Source of the DNA: Octopus sinensis
Lineage: Eukaryota
DNA length: 64,000 bases
Direction of reading: 5' to 3'
Assembly (NCBI RefSeq): GCF_006345805.1
Contig: NC_043001.1
Coordinates: forward strand, 68,882,001 to 68,946,000
Below the pieces are notes generated by a model that saw only the letters and a program-made list of their open reading frames with translations, searched no databases and was not told where the DNA came from. Shown here one piece after another: positions 24,121-36,819 of the stretch. Numbering within the stretch: the first letter of the stretch is position 1; each line of letters opens with the position of its first letter. The position numbers and the translations under genes were made by a program.

Positions 24121-27100
24121 CACTTTCTTTATTGGCCACCAGGGCCGAACACAAAACATAGCAGATGATAAACAAACGAAGGACAGTTAGGTTAAATGTG
24201 TAAACAGCAAACAAACACAACGATTAACAAAGATATTAAATCAAAAATGTTTCCCCAGTAGAAGGAGTTACACCGTAAAATGACTAAAGAGACCACACGC
24301 ACTTAGGACCCCTGAACACCAAAGGCTCATCAGGAAGGCACACTCTCCTCTCGAAAGGGAGGAGGCGAGGTAATCTTCACAATGAACTTGGACAATAGCT
24401 AGATCCGTCCTACTTATAACAATAACTGTTCGACAAAGATCCGCAAGTCAGAAATACTCCGACTCTGTCAAGAGCATGCAGAACGGTTTCATCGCTCCGC
24501 GTGCATCTTGGAAAGCCCGACTGATTGCACAGCTGGTCCTGAAGAGTTTATCTCGAACAGGCAGCGCCCCTCGGTAGCAGTGCCAAGTCAGTGATTTCTG
24601 GAAGTTATCCATAATTTCCGGCCCGGAAGTCCTCCGGAAGAGACCAGCCAGTTGATCTCAATGGACGCCCAGGATCTCTCCGAGTGCATCGTCACTCTTG
24701 CCTTCCACTAATGCCCTATAGAACTCCAAGTTGGAACTTCAACCGACCGCATTGCCCGACTGGCCGTGTGCTATGACCGTTTGGAGACATTCTAGGTGCC
24801 AAGCGCCCTGCCTCGGTCTACTCCTGATGTAAGACTGTAGCTCCGTTAATAAGACAAACTGCTGAAAGGCGTGTTCAACAAACAGCGGCCACACCTGCTC
24901 AATGCTAAGGTATTGCTGGAGATGTCGCAGCCTCAGCTCATGTCTGCGCATCCTCAGTCAGGGAATGCTCAGTTCTCCAAGCAACGTGTGTGTTGACAGT
25001 AAGTGACCCGGCTGACAAACGATACCTGTACCCTCTACAGAAAGCAGAAGAGCAAACGCACCAAATCTGCTACCGACCCCTCAAAGACCGAATTTTAGTT
25101 TTATTACGACGTGACGTCTCAGCCACTCGGGCCCATCGAATGGCTTCCGTTTCTTCCTGCTTTAGAACATACGCCCTAGCTCTGACGATGCAACCATCAT
25201 GCTTGGTGTTGAAGAATTGGTTCAGAACCAATCTCGTTGTCAGCAAGTCCGTCACTATGCCTCTATTGGGTGCCTCTTCTAATTTCCTAACTAGGTCTCC
25301 TACTATTCTAATCCGCTCTATCGCTAGTTCTCTGCTAAATTCTACAGCTTCTACTCTAATCACCCGTTTTAGGCCCCCCAGCATCGGTTGTTGATGAATG
25401 CACCTATCAAATTTCGATGGAGTAACTTCCGAAGCCGGGAAGGACGCGTTCAGCTCCCAGTATCCGGGTCCCTGCCTATGGAGTCTATCTAGGCCAACCG
25501 TACAGATCACACATTTGTCGTCTGTGTATTTGACAAATTAAAACACCCTATGGACAGCCTATGCTATTTTTATCAGGTGGCCTATAAACTACTCTATCTA
25601 GATAAGATCTGGATGACCCTACACTTTGCCTATGTCAACACTGGAGTATTCGGTAAATCCAGTCCGCCAACTTGTAATGGCTGAACAGTTTTGCGAGGTT
25701 TGTGAGGTTTGCGCACCCCACTTTCCAATCCACTAGTCCCATCCACGTGCATCCAAAATGGCGTTCCAGTCGCTCACTAACACTAAAGAGTGAGACGTCT
25801 CTAGAAGTCCTCCAGACGACTGAAGAACGCTAGCTGCCCCGTCCCACTCGATGCGTACAATGTGACCAGTCTAAAAGCTTTGCTTTCATTATCGTTCACG
25901 TCCAGGACCATCGACTTACGTACTCCGTCTCTCGAGATTCAGGCATTTTCTGTACAGTACTGCCACCCCACTCCCTATTCCCGGTCGACTAAGAGATGCG
26001 AAAATCTCAAAGTCATCGAAAATGGGAGTCAAGGTCCGTGTGTCCGCAATCTTGTTATCACTGATGGCTATTATATCCAAACATAGCAACCTGAAGTCGT
26101 TGCCCAAGCGTCCTTGCTTCAATGATGACCCCAGAAAGTAAGCAAAGGAAAAAGGGAGTGTCTTTGTGGACGAGTGGTTCTCCTACCCTGTTTGTTTTGT
26201 TGGGTTCCTCTGGAAACTCCCTTAAAAGCCTTCTGCTGGTCGTTACACTGGGAGATCCAGTGTCATACGGGTAGCTCCACTAAATGCTCGTATAAGTCTC
26301 TAATGCTATTCGCACCATCATTAGATTCTCCGGTACTCTAAAAGTGTTGGGGCTGCAGATCACCCCCTTTCTTTCGATGTTCTCGTTTTGTGCTATGAGA
26401 GCCATCAGCTTTTCGTTGGCCTTCCTCACTAGCTGCGCGGATTGTTGCTGTTGTAGTGACATTTTTCTTTTTAAAGTTTATTGTGTTTTTGATTCTGTTG
26501 TGGGTGTTTGTGACGGTGTTGGTGATTGTGGTGCTTGCAGTGCTGGTCTTGCCGTCAGTGTGTCTGTGTTTGCCGTTTCTTGGATTTCTCCCTTTTTCTG
26601 TGTCTCTTTCTTGACATTCTATTACCGCTTGGCTTCCCCGTAATCATCACTTGGATGCAGGAAGGAGTCCATGTCTTGTATGTTGTGTTCTTGTGTTATT
26701 TGATCTGGTTAACTTGCAGCAGTTGCTGCTGGTGCAACCCCCACTACCACCTTTACTCTAACACCTGTCTGTTTCATCTCCTTGAGTTCACTTTCCGGTT
26801 TTTATTTCCCTACCTTTCTGTTGTTGTTTTTGTTTTTGTCAACTCATGAGTTGTGGTGCTTTCGTTTGAACATTTTCTGTCTTGTGCTGGTTCTGTGTGC
26901 AGAAAAACCGTAAGTGGCCCGTGGAATCATGGTCGTGGCACCTCGGCATTCTGCCCTCCACGTTCACGCTTATTTCTACTCCATTCGAGAAGGAAATCGG
27001 GGCTGAGACTCTGTTTAACTGCTCTGGTTTCATGTGGAGAAGAACCTCCAAGGTAGTCCCAACCCAAATCTCCCTCCTCGATCTTTTAACATCCAGGAGA

Positions 27101-27660
27101 TTATCTCTCCCGTCCGTAAAAATACAGGCAGGAATCCTCTGTAAATCAAAGTCTGGTGGGGCAGCTGGCACAGTAATTCGTACCGCCTTTTCCCCCATGT
27201 ACGCTGGGAAGATGGCGATTTCCTCGGTGCGACGCGTGACCACCGAGCTGTGTATCGCCTGCCCCTAAGTCTTAAAAAAGACCTCTACTCCGTCATAATG
27301 CCTCGATCTCGAAATGTGGTGGATATCTTGGCACGCATTTTTCAAGGGTTTTTCCACCTGGTCGCGTTTAGCATTTTCGAGTTTCCTGGTCTTTGTATTC
27401 ACGCACCTATAGACAACTGTCTCTTTGGCTGTTGGTTCAAACACGTCGCTTGGAGAAATCAGTTCTACCCTCCTTCCCTTCATTTTCATATATTTTGCTG
27501 TCTTGTTCCGTTTTTCTATTTTCTTCTCCAATGAGATGTTAACCAATTCCTTAGCTGCCTTGATATTTGCAAAAATCTCTTCCCCGCTGCTATTTCCAAT
27601 TTTACTAGTGTCTTCGCAGCAGTACCTTCCAATGTTGTCCTTCGCGCTACTACAATTTCC
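24121..27660 (-). mobile_element. Tx1/L1-like LINE, decayed, RT domain deleted
   Basis: ORF1 in one frame 27660-26839 with one internal TAG and a degenerate zinc knuckle (RCHDHDSTGHLRFFC); APE endonuclease remnants (SGVAVLYRK, GPGYWELNAS); post-RT RRHELRLRHL and YRGALPVRDKL...PRC...DETVLHAL; AATAAA then (ATT)n tail; 5' UTR may extend to about 28650. Confidence 0.85.
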
Positions 27661-27669
27661 ATGCAGTGA

Positions 27670-28470
27670 ACTACAATTCCTCCTCCTCCCTCTCCTCCTC
27701 CTTCTTCGTCCTCTCCTCCTCCTCCTCCTCCTCCTCCTCCCTCTCATCTACCTTCTTCTTCCTCTCCTCCTTCTCCTCCTCCTCCCTCTCATCTACCTTC
27801 TTCCTCTCCTCCTCCTCCGCCTCCTCCTCACTCCTCACCTACTCCTCACTCTTCACCTCCTCCTCCCTCTCCTCCTCCTCTTCCTCCCTCTTTTCGTCCT
27901 TCTCCTTCCTCTCCTCCTCCTCCTCCCTATCCTCCTCCTCACTCTTCACCTCGTCCTCCCTCTCCACCTCCTCTTCCTCCCCCTTCTCGTCCTTCTTCTT
28001 CCTCTCCTCCTCCTCCCTCTCCACCTCCTCCCTCTCCACCTCCTCCCTCTCCACCTCCTCTTCCTCCCCTTCTCGTCCTTCTTCCTCTCCTCCTCCTCCT
28101 CCTCCCTCTCCACCTCCTCTTCCTCCCCCTTCTCGTCCTTCTTCTTCCTCTCCTCCTCCCCCCTATCCTCCTCGTCCCCCTCGCCTCATCCTCCTCACTC
28201 TTCACCTCCTCCTCTTCCTCCCTCTTCTCGTCCTTCTTCTTCCTCTCCTTCTCCTCCTCCCTATCCTCCTCCTCACTCTTCACCTCCTCCTCTCTCTCCA
28301 CCCCTCTTCCTCCCTCTACTCGTCCTTCTTCTTCGTCTCCTCCTCCTCCTCCCTATCCTCCTCGCCCCCTCACCTCCTCCTCCTCCTCACTCTTCTCCTC
28401 CGTCTTCTTCATTTCCTCCTCCTCCTCCTTCTTAGTTTTCTTCTTCTTCTTCTTCTTCTTCTTCTTCTTT
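27670..28470. repeat. ~800-bp polypyrimidine/polypurine (CCT/CTT-rich) tract
   Basis: Directly visible; source of the L/S/P-rich and E/R/G-rich ORFs. Confidence 0.95.
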
Positions 28471-28772
28471 TTCTTCTACTTTTACTTCCTGCTGTCAACT
28501 GCAATAATGGTAAGGAGGACGGGGAAGTTCTCGTCAAATCTTTGAAGAAATTTGAAAACAAAACGGTTTGTATCACCCCCAAAATGGGGCTTTGGTTAAC
28601 AAACGTCAGCCCAGCAGAATGGCAGCTTGCTTGCAAAACGATTTAAACAACAAAATATAATATAGAGCCTTTTAAAAAAGTGAATTAGTCATAAACTTAC
28701 AGGGTTAAAGAAACTCGCCTCCAGCTAAGGTGACAACAACAACAACAACAACAACAATAATGATACTAATGA

Positions 28773-28840
<68 letters not shown>

Positions 28841-28841
<1 letters not shown>

Positions 28842-29116
28842 CAGAATGTGGAATCTGAAAACAGAAACAATTCCTATCATAGTAGGTGCATTAGGCATGA
28901 TAAAAAAATATTCAGACAAATACATAACAAAAACACCAGGACTTACAAACACATATAACATACAGAAAATTGCACTACTAGGCACTGCACACATCCTACG
29001 CAGAACACTTTCCATACAATAACAAACAGAGCATCACAAAAAATCACAACACATACCCAAGGCACACAGAGCTGCGCTCGGTAGTGAAGTGAAAGCATGC
29101 TATAAAAATAAAACTA

Positions 29117-29121
<5 letters not shown>
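28841..29121 (+). mobile_element. 5'-truncated R4/Dong-type LINE 3' end (E family)
   Basis: RMWNLKTETIPIIVGALG...LGTAHILRRTLSI*; (AAT)n on both sides. Confidence 0.9.
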
Positions 29122-29176
<55 letters not shown>

Positions 29177-29919
29177 CATTATTATCGTTTTTTTAAAATT
29201 GTTCTAATCGTAGTATATGAATAAAATTGATTGCATCGCTAACTGGTATATTAGAGGCGAAAAAAATTATATACCCCAGGGAAGTAAAGGAAAAGGTTTA
29301 AATGATAGGAGTGAACAGAGAAGGGAATAAAATTTAAGTAGTTACTGAAAGCATTTAATGCGGGATTGAAAGGTTTTCATTGCACAGTATCTAGTATTTA
29401 TTTTGTGTTATTAAAACATCTAATATCTATCGATAGTCAGGGGTTCCTGAGAGGCGATCCTGTCGAATTTATGAATCTTAGCAGGCAGTCTTTCATTTAA
29501 AATGCCACCCTGCACCGAACATGCAAGAGGTTGACACTATTATTGCGTTTCAGCAAAATTCGACCGCTTGAGTGTGTCTTTCTTGTTTCACACAGGACAC
29601 ACACACACACATATATATATGCGTGTGTGTATGTGTGTACATGTACATATATATGTGTGCGTGTGGGTATATCTGTATGTGCATGTTTAGAGAGAAAGAG
29701 AGAAAAAGATAGAAAGATAGAAAGAGATTAATTGCAAGAGTGATATGTAGGTAAGCATTGGAGTCATCTTCTGAGACTATGGCGAGTGTGAGGGAAACGG
29801 TTGCTAACAAAAGTGAATCTCATTGGATTCATGGCTTTCAATGATACAATGGAAGGTTTACATTTATATATATCTATGTGTGTGTGTATGTGTGTGTGTG
29901 TTTATAAAGAAATATTGAC

Positions 29920-29958
<39 letters not shown>

Positions 29959-30846
29959 ACAGGAAGGAGAGACAGTTACATCTTTCAACTTTAAATATAG
30001 TCAAGAAAAATTTTATTCCAGTAGAATATGATAAGGAAATTATTGAAAGTGCTTTTGTGATTTTTACCATTTCTTAATATATAGAAAACATTTCTTAATG
30101 TCTGCCTGGTAATAATTTTCTTTGCAATAGCACTATATGTTGTCTCTTCCTCATATTGCTGTCTATATTAAATCTACATCTACCTTAATTCTAGGTCTCT
30201 TTCTTCATAATTTTCTTTCTGTGTTCCGATTATCTGGTTAACGTCACTTATTTATTATCTCTCTGTACTACCTTACAGTTATTCTAATATTCAGCATCAT
30301 GCGTTCTCTTCTTTGTTATTCGACAAACGTTCCTATCTCTTCATGTCCAGTTTAATTATTCTCATATCATTGTGATAAAATATAACGACAAGCTCTTGAA
30401 TGCTAATACAAAGAGAAACCTGTCACCACCTCAACTAAATATTCTAGTTGGTACTCTATAGAAGTAAACCCTCCTTTTATTTTCTTACATTGTTCTCCAC
30501 ATGCGTCATACTTTATCTAGTGTCTAATTTTGGCTCTGATGCTCTTTCTGCTGTCTCTGCACAGTCAAAATATAAACAACATTTCGAAATCAAATAAAAA
30601 ATACTTACAAAAATCTAATAACGCATCAGACTATACTTGTCAATTGTAGATAACAAGCAATTGCTTTAAAAATTGGAAGGAAAATTTGTGACGAATTTCG
30701 GCTCAAAGAAATATTTTCATGAAGAGGTTAATTTTTTATTCCAGTTCTCTATTCATTTCTCTGAAAATTTGGCATAATCATGAAACCATACTGCACCAAA
30801 CTGAAAAACAATCATACAACCCACACCTTGTGTTTTCTTTGCCTTA

Positions 30847-31323
30847 TACGAGAGTTGGCTGAAAGGTCCATAGGCTGACCTAGATATCCTCATAATCAGT
30901 GGCCTGTCCTGCATCAGCAAATGTTGAACAGAATCGATGTTTTGCTCGGTGGTGACAATTGCAGCACGTCCAGACGTTGGGTCATCTTCAAGAGTTTCCT
31001 AAATTCAGAAGCCCACATTTGCATTGTTGATAAACGGGAGCGTAATCCTCTAATGCAGCAACCACGTTAGTATAAATGTCATTGGGGGCTAAACCCTTTT
31101 TCCGGTAGATTCTCGATAACAGCACATTGCCAAATTTTGTCGATTTTCAAGTGATGTGGCTACAAGTTACTTTTGAAGTCTTCTGTTAACAGTCAGATAT
31201 CAGTTTACCTGGAGGGAAAGAATGATTTTAATAAAAATTGTTAAAATTACTGCATACCAGAATCCACAGCTTTAACAAATCATTCCTTCATAGTCACCCA
31301 TGAACTTTTCAGCCCACGTTCGA
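30847..31323 (-). mobile_element. Internally deleted mariner with both TIRs
   Basis: TA-CGAGAGTTGGCTGAAAGGTCCATAGGCTGAC versus inverted GTCACCCATGAACTTTTCAGCCCACG; N-terminal HTH remnant (LEDDPTSGR..VTTEQNID). Confidence 0.75.
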
Positions 31324-31919
31324 CAATGAACCACTGATAATAATTAATGCTATATTATGCATGGCTGGCTAGAATGTTGAACAGTGGCGGATTATTAACT
31401 GAAGAAGTACCATTGCAATTTACAATCGAGAGATTTTAAGACTACCTGCAAAGATGTTTAACAACTGGAAGTGTATGTTAAAGACAACAAATTTCTCTTG
31501 GTTACAGATAAAATGGAGTGTTGGTAGGCCTGAATAGGGATTGTACCTTTGGTTTCAGGCTGCTGCACATTGTCAGGAATGGTCAAATCGTTAGGCATCA
31601 CCGTTTCTCATTCAACTTCTAATCTTATACGATAAAGGCGGAGTAACATACATAGGTCAACGGCCTGGTATTTGGCGCCGACGTCTGTTTAAGGCATACG
31701 CTTATGGTTAGCAGATTAGAGAGGAATGCGCATTACAAAGCTAACTTGCTCATGAGACATTCATGGTGATGACAATCAGACCAGAAACCATACTGTGTCA
31801 GTTGTCACCTGGAGTAATTTCATCGACTTAAAAGGAGCAGGAGGCCGAGATAATTGGTATAATTTGGTTGCAGCGACATCAACAAATGCCCTACGACCAT
31901 AAGGTCAAGGAATAGGAAC

Positions 31920-32012
31920 GAAGGAAAGAAAGAAGGAAGAAAGGAAGGAAGGAAGGAAGGAAGGAAGGAAGGAAGGAAGGAAGGAAGGAAGGAAGGAAGG
32001 AAGGAAGGAAGG
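31920..32012. repeat. (AAGG)n microsatellite
   Basis: Directly visible. Confidence 0.95.
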
Positions 32013-32654
32013 ACAGAGAAAATAACGCTGAAACAGAATTTAAGTGTTTCGTGACATCTGATTCAAGAAGAATAGTCTTCCTTGATGCTTCCTGATGGAT
32101 CAAGGAAAGCTTGCTTTGAGCAATCTAATTTTAGCAAAAGACTGTTAAGATTGCTATTAAAGCGGTCTTATCTCAAATTTTCTCGATTTTGCTCCAATTT
32201 AGAAGGACTCTCCATTCTGTTCTATGTGCCACTCAACACGTCCCAGAGCATTTTGGGTAATAATTCTGGAGAGGTCGAGCACCTGATCTGATCGACTCTG
32301 GATTCTTTTTACGTGGAATCCAGACCGAACATTTTCCCCAAACCGAGAAAAAGTGTTTCCTAAAACACAAACGTATGCCAGCGTGCACCGGATACACTGT
32401 GATTGGCAAAGAAATTCTTATATCAGCAGCACAATCTGGAAAGATCTACACCCGGGTTAAGGAATGCCTAATGACATCAATTTTCTCGTTTAAGAAACAC
32501 GTCGACAAATGCTTCACCGAAGAGTAGTAATATCTATTTCAGCTTTTGACTGGAATGTTTTACATACCTTTCACCTACTCAAGTTCCTCTACCTTCAACT
32601 GTATTCTCACACATACACCGCATCACAATAAATTCATCTCCCTTAAGGTGTTGT

Positions 32655-32860
32655 GCTGGTAGAATCGTTGGTACCCCGGACAATATGCTTAGCAGTTTTT
32701 CGTGCGTCTGTAGGTACTGCATTCAAATTCCGCCGAGGTGGACTTCGCTTTTCATCCTAGTGGAAGTGAATAAAATAAGTGCCAGATGAGCACTAGATTT
32801 GATGTAATTGACTTAAACACTCCCCTGAAAATGCTGGCATTGTGCCAAAATTTGAAACTA
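32655..32860 (+). mobile_element. S1 SINE copy
   Basis: GCTGGTAGAATCGTT...TTCAAATTCCGCCGAGGT...GTGCCAAAATTTGAAAC. Confidence 0.8.
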
Positions 32861-34045
32861 ATATACTTACCGTACCTGACAGCATTGTATATCCAAATTA
32901 ATTTGAACTAAGAAATATTTTTTCTACTGATTAAATTCACATTAGAGTTAAGCTAATGTTCAACGTCCTTTGACAGGATTGCCTTACATATCGCTTTAAC
33001 TTGTCATGTCACGTAATTTCTTACTGGTGTTTCCACAGAACGTTATATGCTACTGCTGCAATGTTGGCACTGCCTTCAGAAACCACTCCTAACTACTAAT
33101 ATAGTTTGTAGCCAAAATAATTGAAGAGATTCCTCCGCCATAACAAATCAGAATAAGGTAGAATAATCTGCTAATAAAAGCACACTTCCCCAGACTCATT
33201 GAGAATTCACTTGTATTTGTGAAGGAAGTTTTTTTCTCGGAATATTATATGACAATGAAGCAACATATTATGAATTTATACAATACACATTCTCTTTGTT
33301 TGCGTTCATTGACATTACCTTACATGTTTTTATAATTCCATATCTGCAGTGCTCAATGATTTTTGCAAAGATTTAAATAATTTATACGGACTGAAATGTT
33401 TGAAGCAAATTACAACCCCCTCCCCATACACACACACACAGGCGAACACAGTCAGGCATACATATATATAAGTGTCAGTATGACTGTGAATGTATACATA
33501 TATATTAATATATATAAATATATACATACACACTCACATACATATATGCATACATGCGCGTAAGTATGTATGTATGCATGTATGTTCACATGGGGTTTGG
33601 TCCATTGAAATTGTTGAGAGCAGTTCTCCGCAAAATAATAGATTATATGATGTAAATATATCATTCTTCAAAAATGTATATTTGTCTAGCGAAAAAATAT
33701 AATAAAAACCTTATTCTATCAAAATGCTTATGAAAACAAATCTCAGTATTATGAACTTGCACAAATACATATTACAGTCATGTATAAAAATTAATAGAAA
33801 TATGGAGAAACACGTATGTTTTTCTTATGTTTAATCCTAGTTTGGTTTGTTAGTAAGTAGAAATGTTAGCAAAGTACACATCCAATGCTGAACCCATATG
33901 TATGTGTAAATAATATAATAAATTCATGAATATGTTCCCATCTAGCAGTAATAAAGCTCTACAAAAGGATCAGTATTTATCATTATATGTATTGCTGTTA
34001 ACGCTGTGAGCTTGTAGGATATATATATATATATATATATATATA

Positions 34046-34458
34046 CTTTTACTTTTACTTGTTTCAGTCATTTTGACTGCGGCCATGCTGGAGCACCGCC
34101 TTTAGTCGATCAAATCGACCCCGGGACATATTCTTTGTAAGCCCAGTACTTATTCTATCGGTCTCTTTTGCCGAACCGCTAAGTGACGGGGACGTAAACA
34201 CACCAGCATCGGTTGTCAAGCAATGCTAGGGGGACAAACACAGACACACAAACATATACACACATACTTATATATATATATATATACATATATACGTGAG
34301 GCTTCTTTCAGTTTCCGTCTACCAAATCCACTCACAAGGCATTGGTCGGCCCGGGGCTATAGCAGAAGACACTTACTCAAGATGCCACACAGTGGGACTG
34401 AACCCGGAACCATGTGGTTGGTTAGCAAGCTACTTACCACACAGCCACTCCTGCGCCT
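34046..34458 (-). mobile_element. Full-length tRNA-derived SINE, family S2
   Basis: Head GGCGCAGGAGTGGCTGTGTGGTAAG with B-box-like GGGTTCAGTCCC, internal microsatellite, tail ATGACTGAAACAAGTAAAAG. Confidence 0.9.
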
Positions 34459-34555
34459 ATGTATGTATGTATGTATGTATGTATGTATGTATGTATGTAT
34501 GTATGTATGTGTGTATGCATGTATGTAATTGAAAAGTTTGAGTCAACAAGAAAGA

Positions 34556-34930
34556 GTACAGTTGAACATTTATTTGCAATCACTACAATTGATTCTACGC
34601 AACGTAGTTCTCCAGGCTTGCAGGTACTTGATTATGCAACCGTTTGCCTGCATTATGAGATCTAGTTGTGTTTCCTCAAGCGATATATAATTAATGTAAA
34701 TTGAAGAGCACCCTATCTGTCTCTCGTGGCCTGAACTTAGTAGTAGCCACTGAGTGTATCAAGAGATGCGTCATGGCTCATGATCAATTGGCAAACTGCT
34801 TTGAATGTGTGGATGTAGTGAAATGGTGATTTTGCTACTGTTAAAGTGATTGTCAGTTTAACAAACAGCCATTTGATTTCATTGTACTGTTGATTAGTTT
34901 TTCATGGCCAGTTACACATGCGATTGTCCT
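34556..34930. mobile_element. Possible Tc1-like remnant
   Basis: TA-CAGTTGAAC terminus-like sequence; no convincing second TIR. Confidence 0.3.
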
Positions 34931-35244
34931 TGGCTGATATTTAAGAACGTACCCATGCCTACACATACATGCTCGTACACACATACATCCATATACATAC
35001 ACATGTTCTGACACACTCACACACACACAGATTCATTCCCCCCCAAACACACACACATAAAGAGATATGTACATATACACACGCATGAATGTACATACAT
35101 ACATGCGTGACTGCATGTATGGATGTATGTATATAAAGATACACACTTAGCCATATACACGCACACATGTGCGCACATGCACTTACCCATACATACGTAT
35201 ATATACACATAGTTGTTCACATACAGTCACATACAGTAAGCGAC

Positions 35245-35490
35245 ATGAGCCACACTTCGCCACCCCAAAAGCGGGACTTCACCCTAAAAATGTTTTGCTT
35301 TGTGCTTGGTGTGATTGGAAAGGAATTTTGTACTATGAGCTTCTCCCTAGTAACCCGACAATTAATTCTGAGAAATGGTGCACAAAACTGGCTGTGTGGT
35401 AAGAAGCTTGCTTCTCAACCAAATGGTTTCGGATTCAGTCCCACAGCGTAGCACCTTGGGCAAGTGTCTTGTACTATAGCCTCTGGCCAA
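35245..35490 (+). mobile_element. mariner fragment followed directly by an S2 SINE head
   Basis: TPKAGLHPKNVLLCAWCDWKGILYYELLP in ORF 35169-35402; SINE head from about 35388. Confidence 0.8.
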
Positions 35491-35493
35491 CCA

Positions 35494-35595
<102 letters not shown>

Positions 35596-35604
35596 CCTAC
35601 CTAC

Positions 35605-35688
<84 letters not shown>

Positions 35689-35718
35689 TTATATATCTAT
35701 CTATCTATATATATATAT

Positions 35719-35894
35719 AGACGCAGTAGTGGCTGTATGGTAAGTTGCTTGCTAACCAACCACATGGTTCCGAGTTCAGTCCCACTGCGTGGCATCTTAG
35801 GCAAGTGTCTTCTGCTATAGCCTCGGGCCGACCAAAACCTTGTGAGTGGATTTGGTAGACGGAAACTGAAAGAAGCCTGTCGTATATATGTATG

Positions 35895-35963
<69 letters not shown>

Positions 35964-36166
35964 TTGGGTGTCTGTGTCTGTCCCTCTAGCATTGCTTGAC
36001 AACCGATGCTGGTGTGTTTACGTCCCCGTCACTTAGCGGTTCGGCAAAAGAGACCGATAGAATAAGTACTGGGCTTACAAAGAATAAGTCCTGGGGTCGA
36101 TTTGCTCGACTAAAGGCGGTGCTCCAGCATGGCCGCAGTCAAATGACTGAAACAAGTAAAAAAAAG
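35719..36166 (+). mobile_element. Full-length S2 SINE
   Basis: Highly similar to the reverse complement of 34046-34458. Confidence 0.9.
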
Positions 36167-36227
<61 letters not shown>

Positions 36228-36323
36228 TCTAATTTATTATAATATAATATTTTATTATAAAATTGGATTCAATCTTAAATCTGATTTTTCCTTGTAAATT
36301 TGGATTTATTCCCTAATATTTAT

Positions 36324-36360
<37 letters not shown>

Positions 36361-36364
36361 CCAT

Positions 36365-36530
36365 ACACACGGATTCACTCTCAGTTCTTTTCGTTCTGTC
36401 TTCATCTTTCCTTCCTCACGTCCCTTTCTGTCGAAGAGCTTAGTCTCGAAACACCAAAGACTTTTCCATTCTTCCCTAGCGTCAAACTAATAGACCATCA
36501 TGTTGTTCCCTCACCTGTCCTTCGGCTAGT
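36365..36530 (+). mobile_element. PLE-type terminal repeat with hammerhead-like motif (36424-36460)
   Basis: CTTT-CTGTCGAA-GAGCTTAGTCTC-GAAAC-ACCAAAG; same motif family on the minus strand at 56800-56836. Confidence 0.55.
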
Positions 36531-36720
36531 TGTTGCGGTTTCAAAGTGACGAAAATATTTTGACACAAGTTAACTTTAAATGTTGAAGTGAATCTAACAG
36601 ATTTTTGTGTGTTTTAAATGGCTTATAAACAGCTTGCACACTGCCATTGTTTTTGTATCAGCAAACGATCTCAGATCAAGTCACTTGCTATATACATGTA
36701 CATCTCCCTAATATATACAT

Positions 36721-36779
<59 letters not shown>

Positions 36780-36819
36780 CACACACATATATATAAAACA
36801 CACACAGAGTTTGTCGTCT

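Noticed and set aside
27425-28646. 336-aa and 326-aa ORFs, the longest in the track
   Set aside because: Low-complexity read-through of the CCT/CTT tract plus the antisense of LINE ORF1
32040-32520. Faint SGNH-esterase-like words on the minus strand (ELLPK, AFLDPSG, SDVTKHLN)
   Set aside because: Motifs are in different frames with stops and no GDS block; needs an HMM search before any call
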